Part shown: one piece after another, positions 7,989-20,728 of the stretch
Layout of the letters: each line of letters starts with the position of its first letter
Position numbering within the stretch: position 1 is the first letter of the stretch
Assembly (NCBI GenBank): GCA_031268005.1
Contig: JAIRYA010000064.1
Location: 1-46,819, forward strand
From: Puniceicoccales bacterium
Lineage (GTDB): Bacteria > Verrucomicrobiota > Verrucomicrobiia > Opitutales > LL51
DNA length: 46,819 nucleotides
Reading direction: 5' to 3'
Program-made: the position numbers and the translations under genes
The notes under the pieces: model-generated
Told to the model about the DNA's origin: nothing
Seen by the model: only the letters and a program-made list of their open reading frames with translations
The model's database searches: none

Positions 7989-10900
7989 ATGACTAATAGA
8001 GTTAATTTTGGCAAATTGGACGAAGTAGTATGTCCGCCTAGTTTTATAGAAAATCAAATAAATTCATTTAGGGAATTTTTGCAAAGCGATGTTGCCGTTG
8101 GCAGTCGAAAAAATGTTGGCTTGGAAAGCGCTTTTCGCGATTTTTTTCCCATAGAAAGTTATGATGGAAAATGTCGATTGGAATATGTTTCATTTCGCGC
8201 CTGTGAGCCTCGACATAGCGAGGATTTTTGCATACGCGATGGAACGACCTACGCGGGTTCGCTGTACGTGACTTTGCGTCTCTGCGAAGAAGGGGAGATG
8301 CGAGAGGAAGAAATTTACTTCGGCGAATTACCCATAATGGGGGAGCGGGGTTCCTTTGTGATCAATGGCGCGGAACGTGTCGTCGTTAGCCAACTGCATC
8401 GCTCCCCTGGAATTTGTTTTGAGGAGACACTGCATGCCAGTGGAAGGCCACTCCACGCTTTTCGAATTATACCGGATCGGGGAACGTGGCTTGAAGTTCA
8501 ATTTGATCAAAATGATTTACTCTATGTCTATTTGGATCGCCGTCGCCGCCGTAGAAAATTTCTATTGACGACCCTATTGCGTGCGTTTGGCAATGGATCG
8601 GATCAGGATGTTTTAAATCTTTTTTATAGGATTGAAAATAGGAAATTATCGTCCTTTAAAATTGATGATAATTTGGCGAATTATGTTCTCATCGATGACG
8701 CTGTCGATGCAAAGGAGGGGATTGTTTTGGCGCGGGCCCATGAGTCCCTATCAAAGGGATTGGTTCAAGCCTTTGGGGTGGCGGGCATTGAACGTTTGGA
8801 CGTTGTCAATGTCTCGGTGGATGGCGGTCTACTAATTCGTACGCTGAAGAAGGATCCCGCAAAGAATACGGAGGACGCATTGCGCGAAATTTATAAGCGC
8901 CTACGGCCGGGTGAGCCGGTGACGACGGGTAATGCGGCGGGAACGATGTCCCGTTTATTTTTGGAACGGAAGCGCTACGATCTCGGACGCGTTGGGCGTA
9001 GGAAATTGAACCAGCGTTTAAAGCTCGATAAAAGTCTCGAAGATCGTCTCGTCGATACGGCCGATATCGTAGCGGCAACGAAGCTTTTATGCCGCTTGAA
9101 ACAGGGAGATGGATACGTGGACGATATTGATCATTTGGGTAACCGTCGCGTTCGAAATGTGGGAGAATTGTTGGTCAATCAATGCCGTTCGGGTTTGGGA
9201 AAGATGGAGCGGCTGATTCGCGAACGCATGGCGCTATTTGATAATAGTGTCGATACGATTGTGCCGCAAAAGCTCGTCAATCCCAAAATTTTTATGGGAT
9301 CGGTTCGTGATTTTTTTGCGCGCAGTCAACTGTCGCAATTCATGGATCAAATTAATCCCCTTTCGGAGTTGGCACACAAGCGGAGATTGTCGGCATTGGG
9401 GCCCGGTGGTTTGAGTCGTGATCACGCAAGTTTTGAGGTGCGCGACGTTCACATTTCCCACTATGGTCGCATTTGTCCGATTGAGACACCGGAGGGACCA
9501 AACATAGGTTTGATTAATTCGCTGAGTACTTTTGCCCATATCAATGAATTTGGTTTTATCGAGACGCCCTATCGCGTCGTTAGAAATGGTCGGGTAACCG
9601 ATGAGGTGGTTTACTTGGATGCAACGGATGAGGGGGATTGTATTATTGCTCAGGCGAATTCGGAAGTTGACGGCGAAGGTAATTTACTGGGAAGTGTTGC
9701 GGCGCGTCAGCGGGATCTCATTTTGGAAGTTGAGCCGGAGAAGGTCAATTACATGGATGTTTCGCCGAAGCAGGTGATTTCGGTGGCTGCGGGGTTGATA
9801 CCCTTTTTGGAGCACGATGATACGTCCCGTGCGCTAATGGGTGCAAACATGCAACGGCAGGGGGTGCCACTACTATCGCCGGAAGCCCCTTTTGTGGGGA
9901 CGGGCCTTGAGACAAAGGTAGCCGTTGACTCGAAGAGTGTCGTTTCGGCCATTGGGGATGGTATCATTGCCTCCGTCGATGCGACGCGTATTGTCGTGAC
10001 GAAGGATGGTAAAATGCCCAAAAAATTAGATGCAAAGGGAGATCCATCGGCGGGGGTTTATGTTTACAATTTGCGTAAATTTGTCCGCTCCAATGGCACC
10101 ACTTGTTTCAATCAACACCCCATTGTCACTAAGGGACAGGAGATTAGGGCGGGCGATCCCCTGGCCGATGGTGCGGGGACGGATCAGGGCGAATTGGCAT
10201 TGGGACGCAATGTTTTGGTGGCGTTTATGCCTTGGAATGGGTATAATTTCCAGGATGCCATTGTCTTGAGCGATCGCCTTGTCAAGGAGGACGTTTTTAC
10301 TTCCGTTCACATCGAAGAATTTGAAATTGTTGCCCGGGATACGAAATTGGGTGCGGAGGAAATTACGCGGGATATTCCCAATGTGGGCGACGAGGCTCTG
10401 AAAAATTTGAATCGCGATGGCATTATTCGCATCGGTGCGGAAGTTAAGGCCGGCGACATACTGGTTGGAAAAATTACGCCAAAAAGTGAGACGGATTTAG
10501 CTCCCGAAGAAAAATTACTCCGTGCGATTTTTGGTGAGAAAGCGGCCGATGTGAAGGACACTTCGCTGGTGGTACCACCCGGATGCGAAGGAATTGTGAT
10601 GGATGTTAAATTTTCCAGTAGCATTGACCATGAAAAGGAGGATATTTCGGAGTCCGATCTTCGCCGTCGCGTGAAGAAGGCAAATGAGGAATTTCGCGGA
10701 CAATTGGAGAAATTGCAGGACGACCTCACCGAATCGCTTTCGAGCATATTGTTGGGCGAAAAAATTCCACTCGATATTTCCAATGGGGAAACGGGGGAGA
10801 TTATTATTCCAGCCAATCGCAAAATCACGAAGACGCTATTGCGCCGCATTGCCGCATGTTTCGATTCCCTGGAAATTCCAGCTTCGCCGGTAAAAAATCG

Positions 10901-11756
10901 TATTTTAGAAATCATCGGTGCCTATCGCGAGAAATTTACGGATCTGGAAAATGAACGCCTTCAAAGGGTTGAAGCCATTGAGGCGGGCGATGTCGGGGAA
11001 AGTGGCGTGATTAAGAATGTGAAGGTTTACATTGCCAATAAGCGTAAAATTCATGTGGGCGATAAAATGGCGGGGCGCCACGGCAATAAGGGGGTGGTAT
11101 CGAAGGTTGTTCATCGCGAAGATATGCCATTTTTACCCGATGGAACGCCGGTGGATATCATTTTAAATCCTCTGGGTGTGCCCAGTCGAATGAATGTGGG
11201 GCAGGTTATGGAGACGCACCTCGGTTGGGCCTGTGAAAAATTGGGAATAAAAATTGCAACGCCGGTCTTTGACGGTGTTCCCGAAAGTCAAATTCGGGAG
11301 TATTTGAAAAAGGCAGGATTACCCGAAAGTGGCAAAAGTGTGCTTTTCGATGGGCGTACGGGGGAGCGTTTTGATCAGGAAGTTGTCGTTGGATATATTT
11401 ATATGATGAAACTCAATCATTTGGTCGCCGATAAGATCCATGCGCGTGCGGTTGGGCCCTATAGTCTTATAACGCAGCAACCTTTGGGCGGTAAGGCACA
11501 ATATGGCGGGCAACGTTTCGGAGAAATGGAGGTTTGGGCGCTGGAAGCCTATGGTGCGGCCTACACATTGCAGGAGATGTTGACGATCAAATCGGATGAC
11601 GTGCAGGGGAGAACAAAGGCCTATGAGTCACTGGTAAAGGGGGATCGGTCTTTGCAGGCTGGAGTGCCTCAGTCATTTAATGTTTTGATGAAGGAAATAC
11701 AAAGTTTGTGTCTCGACATTCGTTTGGAGCACGATGAAATTTACACGGAAAAATAA
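7989..11756 (+). CDS. rpoB: DNA-directed RNA polymerase subunit beta
   Basis: 1255 aa. Contains RRLSALGPGGL, GRHGNKGVVS, NPLGVPSRMN and GGQRFGEMEVWALEAYGA. Confidence 0.98.
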   Translation: MTNRVNFGKLDEVVCPPSFIENQINSFREFLQSDVAVGSRKNVGLESAFRDFFPIESYDGKCRLEYVSFRACEPRHSEDFCIRDGTTYAGSLYVTLRLCEEGEMREEEIYFGELPIMGERGSFVINGAERVVVSQLHRSPGICFEETLHASGRPLHAFRIIPDRGTWLEVQFDQNDLLYVYLDRRRRRRKFLLTTLLRAFGNGSDQDVLNLFYRIENRKLSSFKIDDNLANYVLIDDAVDAKEGIVLARAHESLSKGLVQAFGVAGIERLDVVNVSVDGGLLIRTLKKDPAKNTEDALREIYKRLRPGEPVTTGNAAGTMSRLFLERKRYDLGRVGRRKLNQRLKLDKSLEDRLVDTADIVAATKLLCRLKQGDGYVDDIDHLGNRRVRNVGELLVNQCRSGLGKMERLIRERMALFDNSVDTIVPQKLVNPKIFMGSVRDFFARSQLSQFMDQINPLSELAHKRRLSALGPGGLSRDHASFEVRDVHISHYGRICPIETPEGPNIGLINSLSTFAHINEFGFIETPYRVVRNGRVTDEVVYLDATDEGDCIIAQANSEVDGEGNLLGSVAARQRDLILEVEPEKVNYMDVSPKQVISVAAGLIPFLEHDDTSRALMGANMQRQGVPLLSPEAPFVGTGLETKVAVDSKSVVSAIGDGIIASVDATRIVVTKDGKMPKKLDAKGDPSAGVYVYNLRKFVRSNGTTCFNQHPIVTKGQEIRAGDPLADGAGTDQGELALGRNVLVAFMPWNGYNFQDAIVLSDRLVKEDVFTSVHIEEFEIVARDTKLGAEEITRDIPNVGDEALKNLNRDGIIRIGAEVKAGDILVGKITPKSETDLAPEEKLLRAIFGEKAADVKDTSLVVPPGCEGIVMDVKFSSSIDHEKEDISESDLRRRVKKANEEFRGQLEKLQDDLTESLSSILLGEKIPLDISNGETGEIIIPANRKITKTLLRRIAACFDSLEIPASPVKNRILEIIGAYREKFTDLENERLQRVEAIEAGDVGESGVIKNVKVYIANKRKIHVGDKMAGRHGNKGVVSKVVHREDMPFLPDGTPVDIILNPLGVPSRMNVGQVMETHLGWACEKLGIKIATPVFDGVPESQIREYLKKAGLPESGKSVLFDGRTGERFDQEVVVGYIYMMKLNHLVADKIHARAVGPYSLITQQPLGGKAQYGGQRFGEMEVWALEAYGAAYTLQEMLTIKSDDVQGRTKAYESLVKGDRSLQAGVPQSFNVLMKEIQSLCLDIRLEHDEIYTEK

Positions 11757-11768
11757 GGAATTTTTGGC

Positions 11769-14700
11769 ATGCGTACGGAAGAAGTAAAAGAGTTTTTAGG
11801 ATTTGATCAGGATAGTGAATTCGATACCGTTGCGATATCGATTGCTTCCCCCGATGCAATTCGTTCTTGGTCAAAGGGGGAGATAAAAAATCCCGAGACG
11901 ATCAATTATCGTACATTTAAGCCCGAGCCGGGAGGTCTTTTTTGCCAAAGAATTTTCGGGCCCGTTAAGGACTATGAGTGCGCCTGTGGGAAGTATAAGC
12001 GTATCAAATATAAGGGCATTGTTTGCGATCGCTGTGGCGTGGAAGTGACGCTTTCCAAGACGCGCCGTGAGCACATGGGGCACGTCGAATTGGCGGTTCC
12101 CGTTTCGCACATTTGGTTTCTAAAAAGTTTGCCGAGTCGTTTGGGATTATTACTCGACATATCCGTTCGCGACATTGAAAAAGTTGTCTACTACGAGAAT
12201 TACATGGTGACGGATCCGGGTGTGACGCCGCTCAAAAAGCGTCAATTGCTGCAGGAACAGGAATATGAGATGCTGCGAAGGGAGTACGGCGATGACGTAT
12301 TTGTGGCGAAAATGGGTGCCGTAGCGATTCGGGAGATTCTATCCGAAATTGATCTCGAGGAGATGGTTTACAATATTCAAGAGGAAATGTATGCTTCCAA
12401 TTCGAAGCAGGTGAAAAAAAAATTGGCAAAGCGCTTGAAAATTGTTTCCGGTTTTTTGCATTCGGGGTCGCGGCCGGAGTGGATGATTTTGGAAGCACTT
12501 CCCGTATTGCCGCCCGATTTGCGTCCATTGGTGCCTCTGGATGGCGGGCGTTTTGCGACGAGTGATTTAAATGATCTCTATCGGCGTGTTATTAATCGCA
12601 ACAATCGACTAAAAAGTTTAATGCAACTTAAAACGCCCGATGTCATCGTTCACAATGAGATGCGCATGCTACAGGAGGCGGTTGATGCACTATTTGACAA
12701 CGGTCGCCACGGAAAATCGGTTTTGGGTGCGGGAAATCGTCCCCTAAAATCTTTGGGTGACATGCTCAAGGGAAAGCAGGGGCGTTTTCGTCAAAATTTA
12801 TTGGGAAAGCGCGTCGATTACAGTGGCCGTTCGGTAATCGTTATTGGGCCGGAATTAAAATTGCACCAGTGTGGATTGCCGAAAAAAATGGCACTGGTGC
12901 TGTTTGAACCTTTTATTATTCGGCGTTTGAAGGAATTGGGTTTTGTGCACACCGTGCGCAGTGCGCGCAAGATGATTGAGAATCAGGATCCCGAGGTTTG
13001 GGACATTTTGGAAGAGGTCACGCGGGAGCATCCCATTCTTTTAAATCGTGCACCGACCTTACACCGCCTGTCAATTCAAGCCTTTGAGCCCATTTTGATT
13101 GAGGGTGAAGCCATTCGTTTGCACCCACTGGTGTGCACGCCATTTAATGCGGATTTTGACGGGGACCAAATGGCGGTTCACGTTCCTTTATCCATTGAGG
13201 CCATTTTGGAGTGCAAGTTGTTGATGATGGCAACGCAAAATATGTTTTCTCCATCGAGCGGTAAGCCCATTTTGACGCCCTCCCAGGATATTATTTTGGG
13301 GGTCTATTATTTGACCTATGAGCCCAAGCAAAGTGAGCAGCGTATTCCCCTAATGGGAAATGTGGAAGAGGTGTTAATGGCTGAGGCTCAGGGGATTGTA
13401 ACGAAGCAGGATTGGATTCATTTGGCAAATCCCGATTATGGTAAGGTAACGCGCTATGGAAATTCCAAGGATCGCATCATTAAAACGACGGTTGGGCGTG
13501 TTATTTTTAATCAAATTTTTCCCAAATCGCTTGGCTTTATCAATTTTTCCGTAGGAAAGGGAATGCTGAGCGATCTCATCGTGGGAACCTATAAAATTTC
13601 GGGACAAAAGGAGGCAAATCAGATGTTGGATCGCCTAAAAAATCTCGGATTTTACACGGCGATGAAGGCGGGACTTTCCATCGGGGTTATCGATATGATT
13701 GTGCCCGAGGAGAAGAAAGATATTATTTCTAAGGCACGGAAGAAGGTTGATGACGTGGACACGCAATTTCGCAAGGGTATTATTACGCAAGGCGAGCGCT
13801 ATAATAAAATTGTTGATATTTGGACGAACGCTACGGATGAGGTTGCGCAGGTTGTTTTCGATCATTTGATGCAGAACGAAAATAAGGATTATATCAATCC
13901 CGTTTATCTTATGATGGATTCTGGGGCGAGGGGAAATCGTCAGCAGGTGCGCCAGCTCTGTGGCATGCGTGGTCTAATGGCAAAACCTTCGGGGGAAATT
14001 ATTGAGCGTCCCATTTTATCCTCGTTCCGTGAGGGATTATCGGTGTTGGAGTATTTTATTTCGACGCACGGTGCGCGCAAAGGATTAGCCGATGTGGCGT
14101 TGAAGACGGCGGATGCGGGATATATGACGCGCAAATTATGTGATGCGGCGATGGATTGTATTGTCTCCTGCGAGGACGACGGTTGTCGCAATGGCATTTG
14201 GAAGCAGGCCATCATGGATGGCGATGAGGAAATCGTCAGTTTGCAGGAGCGCATTATTGGCCGCTGTGCGGCAGAGGATGTGTGTAATCCAATTAATTCC
14301 GAGGAAAAATTTATGATTGCGGGAGGCTTAATTACGGCGGATGTTGCAAAAAAAATTGATGAGGCCGGTATCGAACGCGTCAAAATTTTGTCGCCCTTGA
14401 CGAGCATGAAAAATAATGGTATTCCTGCGATTGCCTATGGCATTGATCCGGCGACGAACAGTATGGTAGCCTGCGGATCCGCCGTTGGTATTATTGCGGC
14501 CCAATCCATCGGTGAGCCGGGAACGCAGTTGACGATGAGAACATTCCACATTGGTGGTGTGGCGAGTCAGGTTTTGAGGGCACCGGAATATCGTGCAAAG
14601 TCGGAGGGTATGGTTCAGCAGAGGGGTTTGCGTCTCGTACATACGGCGGACGGTGCCAGTATCGTCTTAAATAAAACGGGTTATCTTATTTTATTGGATA

Positions 14701-15908
14701 AAAACGGCCGTGAAATTGAGAATTATAGCATTATTCCAGGAACAGTACTGCTTCAAGCGGATGGTCAATCGGTTAAAAAAGATGAATTACTAGCGGCTTG
14801 GGATCCGCATCATGTGCCAATTATTGCTGAATTTTCGGGGCGTGTACGTTTCAGGGATATTCTTTCGGGGATTACGATTAAACGCGATATCGACGAGTCC
14901 AGTGGGCATATTACAACGGTGGTTGTGGAACATAAGGAGGAACTCAATCCAACCATTGAAATTGTGGTGGAAAATCATGGAGAAGAGCGCATTGTTGCGG
15001 CCTATTCGATTCCGACGGGGGCGCAAATTTTAGTCGATGATGGCAATCAAATTTTAGGGGGATCGCTTTTAGCTAAAACGCCGCGTTCCGCTTCGAAGAC
15101 GCAGGATATTACGGGGGGATTACCGCGCGTAGCGGAATTGTTTGAGGCGCGTCGTCCGAAGGAAGCAGCCGAGATGGCGAAAATTGATGGCGTCATTTCC
15201 TTCGGTGGGATGATTCGCAATAAGAGGCGTATTTGGATAACGGATACGGAAACGGGGCGTCGGGAGGAACATTTAATTCCCCATGGGATGCATTTGGTCA
15301 TTCACGAAGGCGATTTTGTCAATCGTGGGCAAAATTTAACGGAGGGTGCGGCGGATCCCCATGAAATTTTGAATATTTTGGGGACGTCGGCGGTTCAGGA
15401 GTATCTAATTGCAGAGGTTCAAAAAGTTTATCGCATGCAGGGCGTAACCATTAATGATAAGCACATCGAATTAATTGTGGCAAGGATGTTGCGCAAAATT
15501 AGGATTACGGATCCCGGAGATTCGGATTTCTTTTGGGGAGAGCAGATCGAAAAGGATTTATTTCTCGAGAAAAATGAGGAAATTATTGAGGCAGGGGGAA
15601 AACCTGCGGAAGCGGAGCCGGTTCTTCTAGGCATTACGAAGTCCTCATTGGAGACGGAAAGCTTCATTTCGGCGGCATCGTTCCAGGAAACGACGAAAGT
15701 ATTGACCGATGCGGCGACATTGGGACGGGTGGATGAATTGAAAGGCTTTAAAGAAAATGTAATTATGGGACATTTAATTCCCGCGGGAAGTGGTTTGTCA
15801 TCGTGCAGGCGTTTAAAAGTTTGCACCCTATTTTCGGGGGAAAGTGAGGAAATTAGTCCCAAGGAGGAGGTTGCCGCCGTTGCGGTGGAGGAAGTTTGTA
15901 TTTCTTAA
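11769..15908 (+). CDS. rpoC: DNA-directed RNA polymerase subunit beta prime
   Basis: 1379 aa. Zn-finger CxCGKY..C..CGVEV, the catalytic NADFDGDQM motif, and a [13 protein letters not shown] trigger-loop region. Confidence 0.98.
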   Translation: MRTEEVKEFLGFDQDSEFDTVAISIASPDAIRSWSKGEIKNPETINYRTFKPEPGGLFCQRIFGPVKDYECACGKYKRIKYKGIVCDRCGVEVTLSKTRREHMGHVELAVPVSHIWFLKSLPSRLGLLLDISVRDIEKVVYYENYMVTDPGVTPLKKRQLLQEQEYEMLRREYGDDVFVAKMGAVAIREILSEIDLEEMVYNIQEEMYASNSKQVKKKLAKRLKIVSGFLHSGSRPEWMILEALPVLPPDLRPLVPLDGGRFATSDLNDLYRRVINRNNRLKSLMQLKTPDVIVHNEMRMLQEAVDALFDNGRHGKSVLGAGNRPLKSLGDMLKGKQGRFRQNLLGKRVDYSGRSVIVIGPELKLHQCGLPKKMALVLFEPFIIRRLKELGFVHTVRSARKMIENQDPEVWDILEEVTREHPILLNRAPTLHRLSIQAFEPILIEGEAIRLHPLVCTPFNADFDGDQMAVHVPLSIEAILECKLLMMATQNMFSPSSGKPILTPSQDIILGVYYLTYEPKQSEQRIPLMGNVEEVLMAEAQGIVTKQDWIHLANPDYGKVTRYGNSKDRIIKTTVGRVIFNQIFPKSLGFINFSVGKGMLSDLIVGTYKISGQKEANQMLDRLKNLGFYTAMKAGLSIGVIDMIVPEEKKDIISKARKKVDDVDTQFRKGIITQGERYNKIVDIWTNATDEVAQVVFDHLMQNENKDYINPVYLMMDSGARGNRQQVRQLCGMRGLMAKPSGEIIERPILSSFREGLSVLEYFISTHGARKGLADVALKTADAGYMTRKLCDAAMDCIVSCEDDGCRNGIWKQAIMDGDEEIVSLQERIIGRCAAEDVCNPINSEEKFMIAGGLITADVAKKIDEAGIERVKILSPLTSMKNNGIPAIAYGIDPATNSMVACGSAVGIIAAQSIGEPGTQLTMRTFHIGGVASQVLRAPEYRAKSEGMVQQRGLRLVHTADGASIVLNKTGYLILLDKNGREIENYSIIPGTVLLQADGQSVKKDELLAAWDPHHVPIIAEFSGRVRFRDILSGITIKRDIDESSGHITTVVVEHKEELNPTIEIVVENHGEERIVAAYSIPTGAQILVDDGNQILGGSLLAKTPRSASKTQDITGGLPRVAELFEARRPKEAAEMAKIDGVISFGGMIRNKRRIWITDTETGRREEHLIPHGMHLVIHEGDFVNRGQNLTEGAADPHEILNILGTSAVQEYLIAEVQKVYRMQGVTINDKHIELIVARMLRKIRITDPGDSDFFWGEQIEKDLFLEKNEEIIEAGGKPAEAEPVLLGITKSSLETESFISAASFQETTKVLTDAATLGRVDELKGFKENVIMGHLIPAGSGLSSCRRLKVCTLFSGESEEISPKEEVAAVAVEEVCIS

Positions 15909-15985
15909 TATTTTTTTTAAATAAAGACTTGATCTTGTTAAATTTAGTTCTAGCTTAACGGAAAACTTAAAATTGTAAATTTTTA

Positions 15986-16369
15986 ATGCCTACTATTAAT
16001 CAGTTAGTAAAATCGCCGCGTGTGAATGTGATCGTTAAATCGAAGGCACCGGCGCTGCGTGAAAATCCATTCCGCCGTGGGGTGTGCGTGCAGGTCATGA
16101 CGCGTACGCCGAAGAAACCGAATTCCGCCATTCGCAAGGTGGCGAAAGTGCGCCTAACCACTGGAATTGAAGTCATTGCATACATTCCCGACGAGGGACA
16201 TAGTTTGCAGGAACACAGTATCGTGTTGGTGAGGGGGGGGCGCGTGAAGGATTTACCCGGTGTGCGCTATCATATCGTACGCGGGGCTTTGGATTGTTCC
16301 GGTGTTGAAAAGCGTCGCAGAAGTCGCTCGAAGTATGGCGTAAAGCGTCCAAAGGAAAATAAAAAGTAA
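15986..16369 (+). CDS. rpsL: 30S ribosomal protein S12
   Basis: MPTINQL...[16 protein letters not shown]...[13 protein letters not shown]. Confidence 0.97.
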   Translation: MPTINQLVKSPRVNVIVKSKAPALRENPFRRGVCVQVMTRTPKKPNSAIRKVAKVRLTTGIEVIAYIPDEGHSLQEHSIVLVRGGRVKDLPGVRYHIVRGALDCSGVEKRRRSRSKYGVKRPKENKK

Positions 16370-16383
16370 GATAAGAGGGGTAT

Positions 16384-16857
16384 ATGTCGCGGCGTAGAAG
16401 AGCAGAAAAGCGTGAATTTGAAAAGGATCCGAGGTTTAGTAGTACTTTGATCGGGCAATTGATTAACATTGTTATGGAGCATGGTAAGCGTTCCCTGGCC
16501 TGTTCGATCGTTTATGGAGCCATTGAAAAAGCGAGCGAGGAACTGGCAAAGGGGGATCCCGTGGAGCTTCTAGTGGGGGTTTTAGAAAATGCTCGCCCGA
16601 AGGTGGAAGTAAAGAGTCGTCGGGTGGGTGGAGCAACCTATCAAGTTCCGATGGAGGTTCCCTATATTCGCCAGCAAGGCTTAGTGTTCCGCTGGTTAAT
16701 TGAGGCGGCGAAGTCGCGGAAGGGCAAGGCGATGAAAGAGGCACTGGGTCAGGAAATTATAGATGCCTATAATAATACGGGCAATGTGGTGAAGAAAAAG
16801 ACGGAAATGCATCGCATGGCGCAAGCGAATCGGGCATTTGCGCATTTTGTTTGGTGA
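16384..16857 (+). CDS. rpsG: 30S ribosomal protein S7
   Basis: MSRRRRAEKRE...VEVKSRRVGGATYQVP...AHFVW. Confidence 0.97.
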   Translation: MSRRRRAEKREFEKDPRFSSTLIGQLINIVMEHGKRSLACSIVYGAIEKASEELAKGDPVELLVGVLENARPKVEVKSRRVGGATYQVPMEVPYIRQQGLVFRWLIEAAKSRKGKAMKEALGQEIIDAYNNTGNVVKKKTEMHRMAQANRAFAHFVW

Positions 16858-16872
16858 TAGGGGAAGTGGAAG

Positions 16873-19029
16873 ATGGCAAATGATAAAAAAATTTCGGCGG
16901 TAAACTCTTCGAATCGAAAAACTCCCCTGGAACACACGCGCAATATTGGAATCGCGGCACACATTGATGCGGGAAAGACAACGACGACGGAACGCATTCT
17001 ATACTATGCGGGTGTTGTGCATAAGATGGGCGAGGTTCATGAGGGAACGGCGGTGACGGATTGGATGGAGCAGGAGCGGGAGCGGGGTATTACGATTACG
17101 TCGGCGGCAATCAGCTGTGGATGGAAAACAAAGGTTGGCTTATTTTCGGGGATTAATCACCAAATTAATTTAATTGATACGCCGGGACATGTCGATTTTA
17201 CGGCGGAAGTGGAGCGCTCACTGCGGGTATTGGATGGTGCAATTGGGGTATTTTGTGCGGTAGCCGGGGTACAGCCCCAGTCGGAGACGGTTTGGCGACA
17301 GATGGATAAGTATGGGGTTCCGCGGATTGCATTTATTAATAAAATGGATCGCACGGGAGCAAATTTTCTCGGTGCAATCGAGGATATTCGCACAAAATTA
17401 GGAAAAAATGCGCATCCATTGTATCTCAATATGGGGGCGGAGGATAAATTTGAGGGCTTGATTGACTTGATTTCCATGAAGGCCTGTATCTACGATAGTA
17501 AGGATCCATTGGGGGAGAAATTTGACGTTGTCGATATTCCGACGGAGTATGCGGAGCAGGCGAAAAAATATCGCGAATTTTTAATCGAGGCATTGGCGGA
17601 TGACGACGATGAATTGGCAGAAAAATACCTCGGCGGTGAAGAAATTTCGGAGGATGCTATTCGTTCGGCGATTCGCAGGGCGACGCTATCTTTGAATTTT
17701 GTGGGCGTGATTCCCGGGAGTGCGTTTAAGAAAAAGGGTGTTCAAATGTTGCTGGATGCGGTGGTTGATTTTTTACCTTCTCCCTTGGATTTACCACCGA
17801 CGAAAGCGTTTTTAGATGACGGTTCTGAAATTGAAATCAAGCCCGATGATGCGGATAAAATGACCGCATTGGGGTTCAAATTGATGAGTGATCCCTATGT
17901 GGGAAAGTTGGTATTTTGTCGCGTGTACAGTGGTCAGTTAAAAAAAGGTGACACGGTATATAATCCCCGTACGCGAAAAACGGAACGCGTCAGTCGTTTG
18001 ATGATCATGAAAGCGAATGATCGGGAGGACATTGACGTTGCCTATTCGGGGGATATTTGTGCCATCATTGGCGTGAGGGGGATTGCAACGGGAGATACCC
18101 TTTGCGAGCGTTCCTTTGAAGGAATTTTGGAGCCGCCTACATTTCCGGAGCCGGTTATTAGTATGTCAATTGAGCCCAAATCGAAGGCCGATCAAGAAAA
18201 ATTAGCCGTTGGTTTGCAAAATTTATCGGAGGAAGATCCCACCTTTAAGGTGACGACGAATTCGGAAACGGGACAGACTTTAATTGCGGGAATGGGGGAA
18301 TTGCATCTTGAAATTATTTGCGATCGTCTTTTTCGGGAGTTTAATGTGGATGCGACATCGGGGCGGCCACAAATTGCCTATCGGGAGACCATTACGGGCG
18401 AAGCGGCAGGTGAAGGTAAATTTATTCGCCAATCGGGAGGTCGTGGGCAATATGGGCATGCGGTAATAAAAATAGAACCGGGAAAGCGCGGAGAGGGGGC
18501 CGTGGTTTTGAATGAAATTGTCGGAGGTGTGATACCGAAGGAATATATCAAGCCGACTCAGGAGGGAATTCTTGAGGGGGCGACGAATGGCGTTGTGGCG
18601 GGATATCCGGTTATTGATTTTTGCGCACGCATTGTCGATGGTAGTTTTCATGAGGTCGATTCATCGGAAATGGCATTCAAGATGGCGGGTATTTTTGCCT
18701 TTAAGGATGCGATGAAAAAGGCTTCACCCATACTGTTGGAGCCGATTATGAAGGTGGAAGTTTCGACGCCCGAGGAATATCAGGGAGATGTTGTCGGTGA
18801 TTTAAATCGCCGCCGTGGACAAATTCAAAATATGGAGACGCGTGGGACGTTGGCAAATATTACGGCTTTTGTTCCATTGGAAATGATGTTTGGCTATGCG
18901 ACGGATGTGCGTTCGTTGACGAAGGGGCGTGCGAGTTATTCCATGGAGCCTTCGCATTTTGAGCAAGTTCCGACGAATTTATTGCAAAAAATTGTGGAGA
19001 CGTCAAGTCGTGCGGCGGCTCGTTCGTAA
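16873..19029 (+). CDS. fusA: Elongation factor G
   Basis: [35 protein letters not shown]. 718 aa. Confidence 0.97.
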   Translation: MANDKKISAVNSSNRKTPLEHTRNIGIAAHIDAGKTTTTERILYYAGVVHKMGEVHEGTAVTDWMEQERERGITITSAAISCGWKTKVGLFSGINHQINLIDTPGHVDFTAEVERSLRVLDGAIGVFCAVAGVQPQSETVWRQMDKYGVPRIAFINKMDRTGANFLGAIEDIRTKLGKNAHPLYLNMGAEDKFEGLIDLISMKACIYDSKDPLGEKFDVVDIPTEYAEQAKKYREFLIEALADDDDELAEKYLGGEEISEDAIRSAIRRATLSLNFVGVIPGSAFKKKGVQMLLDAVVDFLPSPLDLPPTKAFLDDGSEIEIKPDDADKMTALGFKLMSDPYVGKLVFCRVYSGQLKKGDTVYNPRTRKTERVSRLMIMKANDREDIDVAYSGDICAIIGVRGIATGDTLCERSFEGILEPPTFPEPVISMSIEPKSKADQEKLAVGLQNLSEEDPTFKVTTNSETGQTLIAGMGELHLEIICDRLFREFNVDATSGRPQIAYRETITGEAAGEGKFIRQSGGRGQYGHAVIKIEPGKRGEGAVVLNEIVGGVIPKEYIKPTQEGILEGATNGVVAGYPVIDFCARIVDGSFHEVDSSEMAFKMAGIFAFKDAMKKASPILLEPIMKVEVSTPEEYQGDVVGDLNRRRGQIQNMETRGTLANITAFVPLEMMFGYATDVRSLTKGRASYSMEPSHFEQVPTNLLQKIVETSSRAAARS

Positions 19030-19050
19030 TATTTTAAGTAAGGTGTTCAT

Positions 19051-19356
19051 ATGGCACAAAGAATTAGGATAAAGTTAAAAAGTTTTGATTATCGTTTGGT
19101 TGATCAATCGGCGGTGGAGATTATAGAAACAGCGAAGCGTTCCGGGGCTCGTGTGATGGGGCCAGTGCCGTTGCCGACGCGCAAGGAGCGCTTTACGGTG
19201 AATCGTTCGCCCCACGTTGACAAAAAATCGATGGATCAATTTGAGTTAAGGGAGCACGATCGTCTAATTGATATTCATGAGCCAACGGCTGATACGGTTG
19301 ATGCTTTGCGGCGGTTGAATTTGCCGGCCGGTGTTGATATTTTGATTAATGTTTGA
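19051..19356 (+). CDS. rpsJ: 30S ribosomal protein S10
   Basis: [10 protein letters not shown]...[20 protein letters not shown]. Confidence 0.96.
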   Translation: MAQRIRIKLKSFDYRLVDQSAVEIIETAKRSGARVMGPVPLPTRKERFTVNRSPHVDKKSMDQFELREHDRLIDIHEPTADTVDALRRLNLPAGVDILINV

Positions 19357-19452
19357 ATTTTAAAATATTCTTGACAGATTGTTTTTGTTGAGAAGAACGG
19401 ATAGAACTAATACGGGTTGGGCTGATAAAAAGTGAATTTGCCGCTTAGAGTT

Positions 19453-20103
19453 ATGAAAGACAGGAGAATAGTTTTAGGGGAAAAGGTTGGAATGACGCAG
19501 GTATTTGATCAGCAGAACTGTCTCATTCCTGTTACGGTTATGAAGGCCGTACCTTGTTTTGTTTCCCAGTTAAAAGATGAAAAAAAGGATGGCTATAAGG
19601 CCGTTCAGCTGGCCTATGGAAGTCGCAAGGAATTGAATATGTCTAATCCCCTAAAAGGTCATCTGAAAAATGTGGGATTGAAGAGTTGTGAAGGATTTCG
19701 AGAATTTCGCGTCCAAGATTTGGATACTTATAAAATGGGAGATGCCATTGATTTTTCGATTTTTCAAACCGGTGAGCTCATCGATGTAATTGGAAAAACG
19801 AAGGGGCGAGGATTTCAGGGCGTTATGAAGCGCCATGGATTTTCTGGGGGGCCCGCTTCCCATGGTTCGATGTTTCATCGCCGAGGGGGTTCCTATGGTT
19901 GTCGCCAATGGCCGGGGCACGTCTATAAGGGGCGTAAAATGCCAGGCCACGATGGTTGTTTGATGCGTACGATGCAAAATTTAGAGATTGTAGAGTTGAT
20001 TTTGGAAAAAAATTTACTTTTGTTGCGAGGAAGTTTGCCAGGATTCAATGGAGGTTTAGTTATATTGCGAAAGGCAAAAAAGGTAAAACAACGGGCGAGT
20101 TAG
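19453..20103 (+). CDS. rplC: 50S ribosomal protein L3
   Basis: GEKVGMTQVFD and GKTKGRGFQGVMKRHGFSGGPASHGS. ATG 19453 is preferred over the upstream GTG at 19432. Confidence 0.93.
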   Translation: MKDRRIVLGEKVGMTQVFDQQNCLIPVTVMKAVPCFVSQLKDEKKDGYKAVQLAYGSRKELNMSNPLKGHLKNVGLKSCEGFREFRVQDLDTYKMGDAIDFSIFQTGELIDVIGKTKGRGFQGVMKRHGFSGGPASHGSMFHRRGGSYGCRQWPGHVYKGRKMPGHDGCLMRTMQNLEIVELILEKNLLLLRGSLPGFNGGLVILRKAKKVKQRAS

Positions 20104-20107
20104 TATA

Positions 20108-20728
20108 ATGAAATTGAAGATTTACAATCAGGAGGGTGTTTTTTTAGAAGATCGCGATTATAATATTCCGGTTTTCGAAGAAGATCGTGGAGTTGCCGCG
20201 GTAAAATTTGCGATTGAGGCGATACAAGCGAATAAGCGCCAAGGAAATGCTTCCACGAAGCGGCGTTCCGATGTGAGAGGTGGAGGAAAGAAACCTTTTC
20301 GGCAGAAGGGAACGGGGCACGCTCGTCAGGGATCTAGCCGCAGTCCGTTGATGCCGGGTGGCGGCGTTGTTTTTGGGCCACATCCGAGGGATTACCGCAA
20401 AAAAGTGAATAAAAAAGTTAAAAAATTGTCTTTGGCGCGTTCTCTCTACGATTGTGCGGATGAGTTATTGATTTCAATTGTCGATAGTTTTCCGGAAAAT
20501 TTTAAAAAAACAAAAGAATTTTCTACGTTTATTGAAAAAATTTTCCCCATGGGGAGTATTCTTATTGTGGATAATTGTTTTGAGGATTCCTGGGTATGTT
20601 CCGTGCGAAACTTGGATCGCGTTTTTATGATTGACGCGGCGTCGATTAATGCGTTGGATTTAAAATCATACGATCATTTTTTGGTGAGTGAAGTTGGTTT
20701 TTCGCAGCTATTGGATCGGGTGAGGTGA
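20108..20728 (+). CDS. rplD: 50S ribosomal protein L4
   Basis: GGGKKPFRQKGTGHARQGSSRSPLMPGGGVVFGP. Confidence 0.95.
   Translation: MKLKIYNQEGVFLEDRDYNIPVFEEDRGVAAVKFAIEAIQANKRQGNASTKRRSDVRGGGKKPFRQKGTGHARQGSSRSPLMPGGGVVFGPHPRDYRKKVNKKVKKLSLARSLYDCADELLISIVDSFPENFKKTKEFSTFIEKIFPMGSILIVDNCFEDSWVCSVRNLDRVFMIDAASINALDLKSYDHFLVSEVGFSQLLDRVR

Noticed and set aside
15890-15908. Possible CaaX-type C-termini as Ste24 substrates (rpoC ends ...EEVCIS, L29 ends ...KNCNK).
   Set aside because: In both, the Cys is at position -3, not -4. These are core housekeeping proteins, so a link to prenyl processing is not credible.
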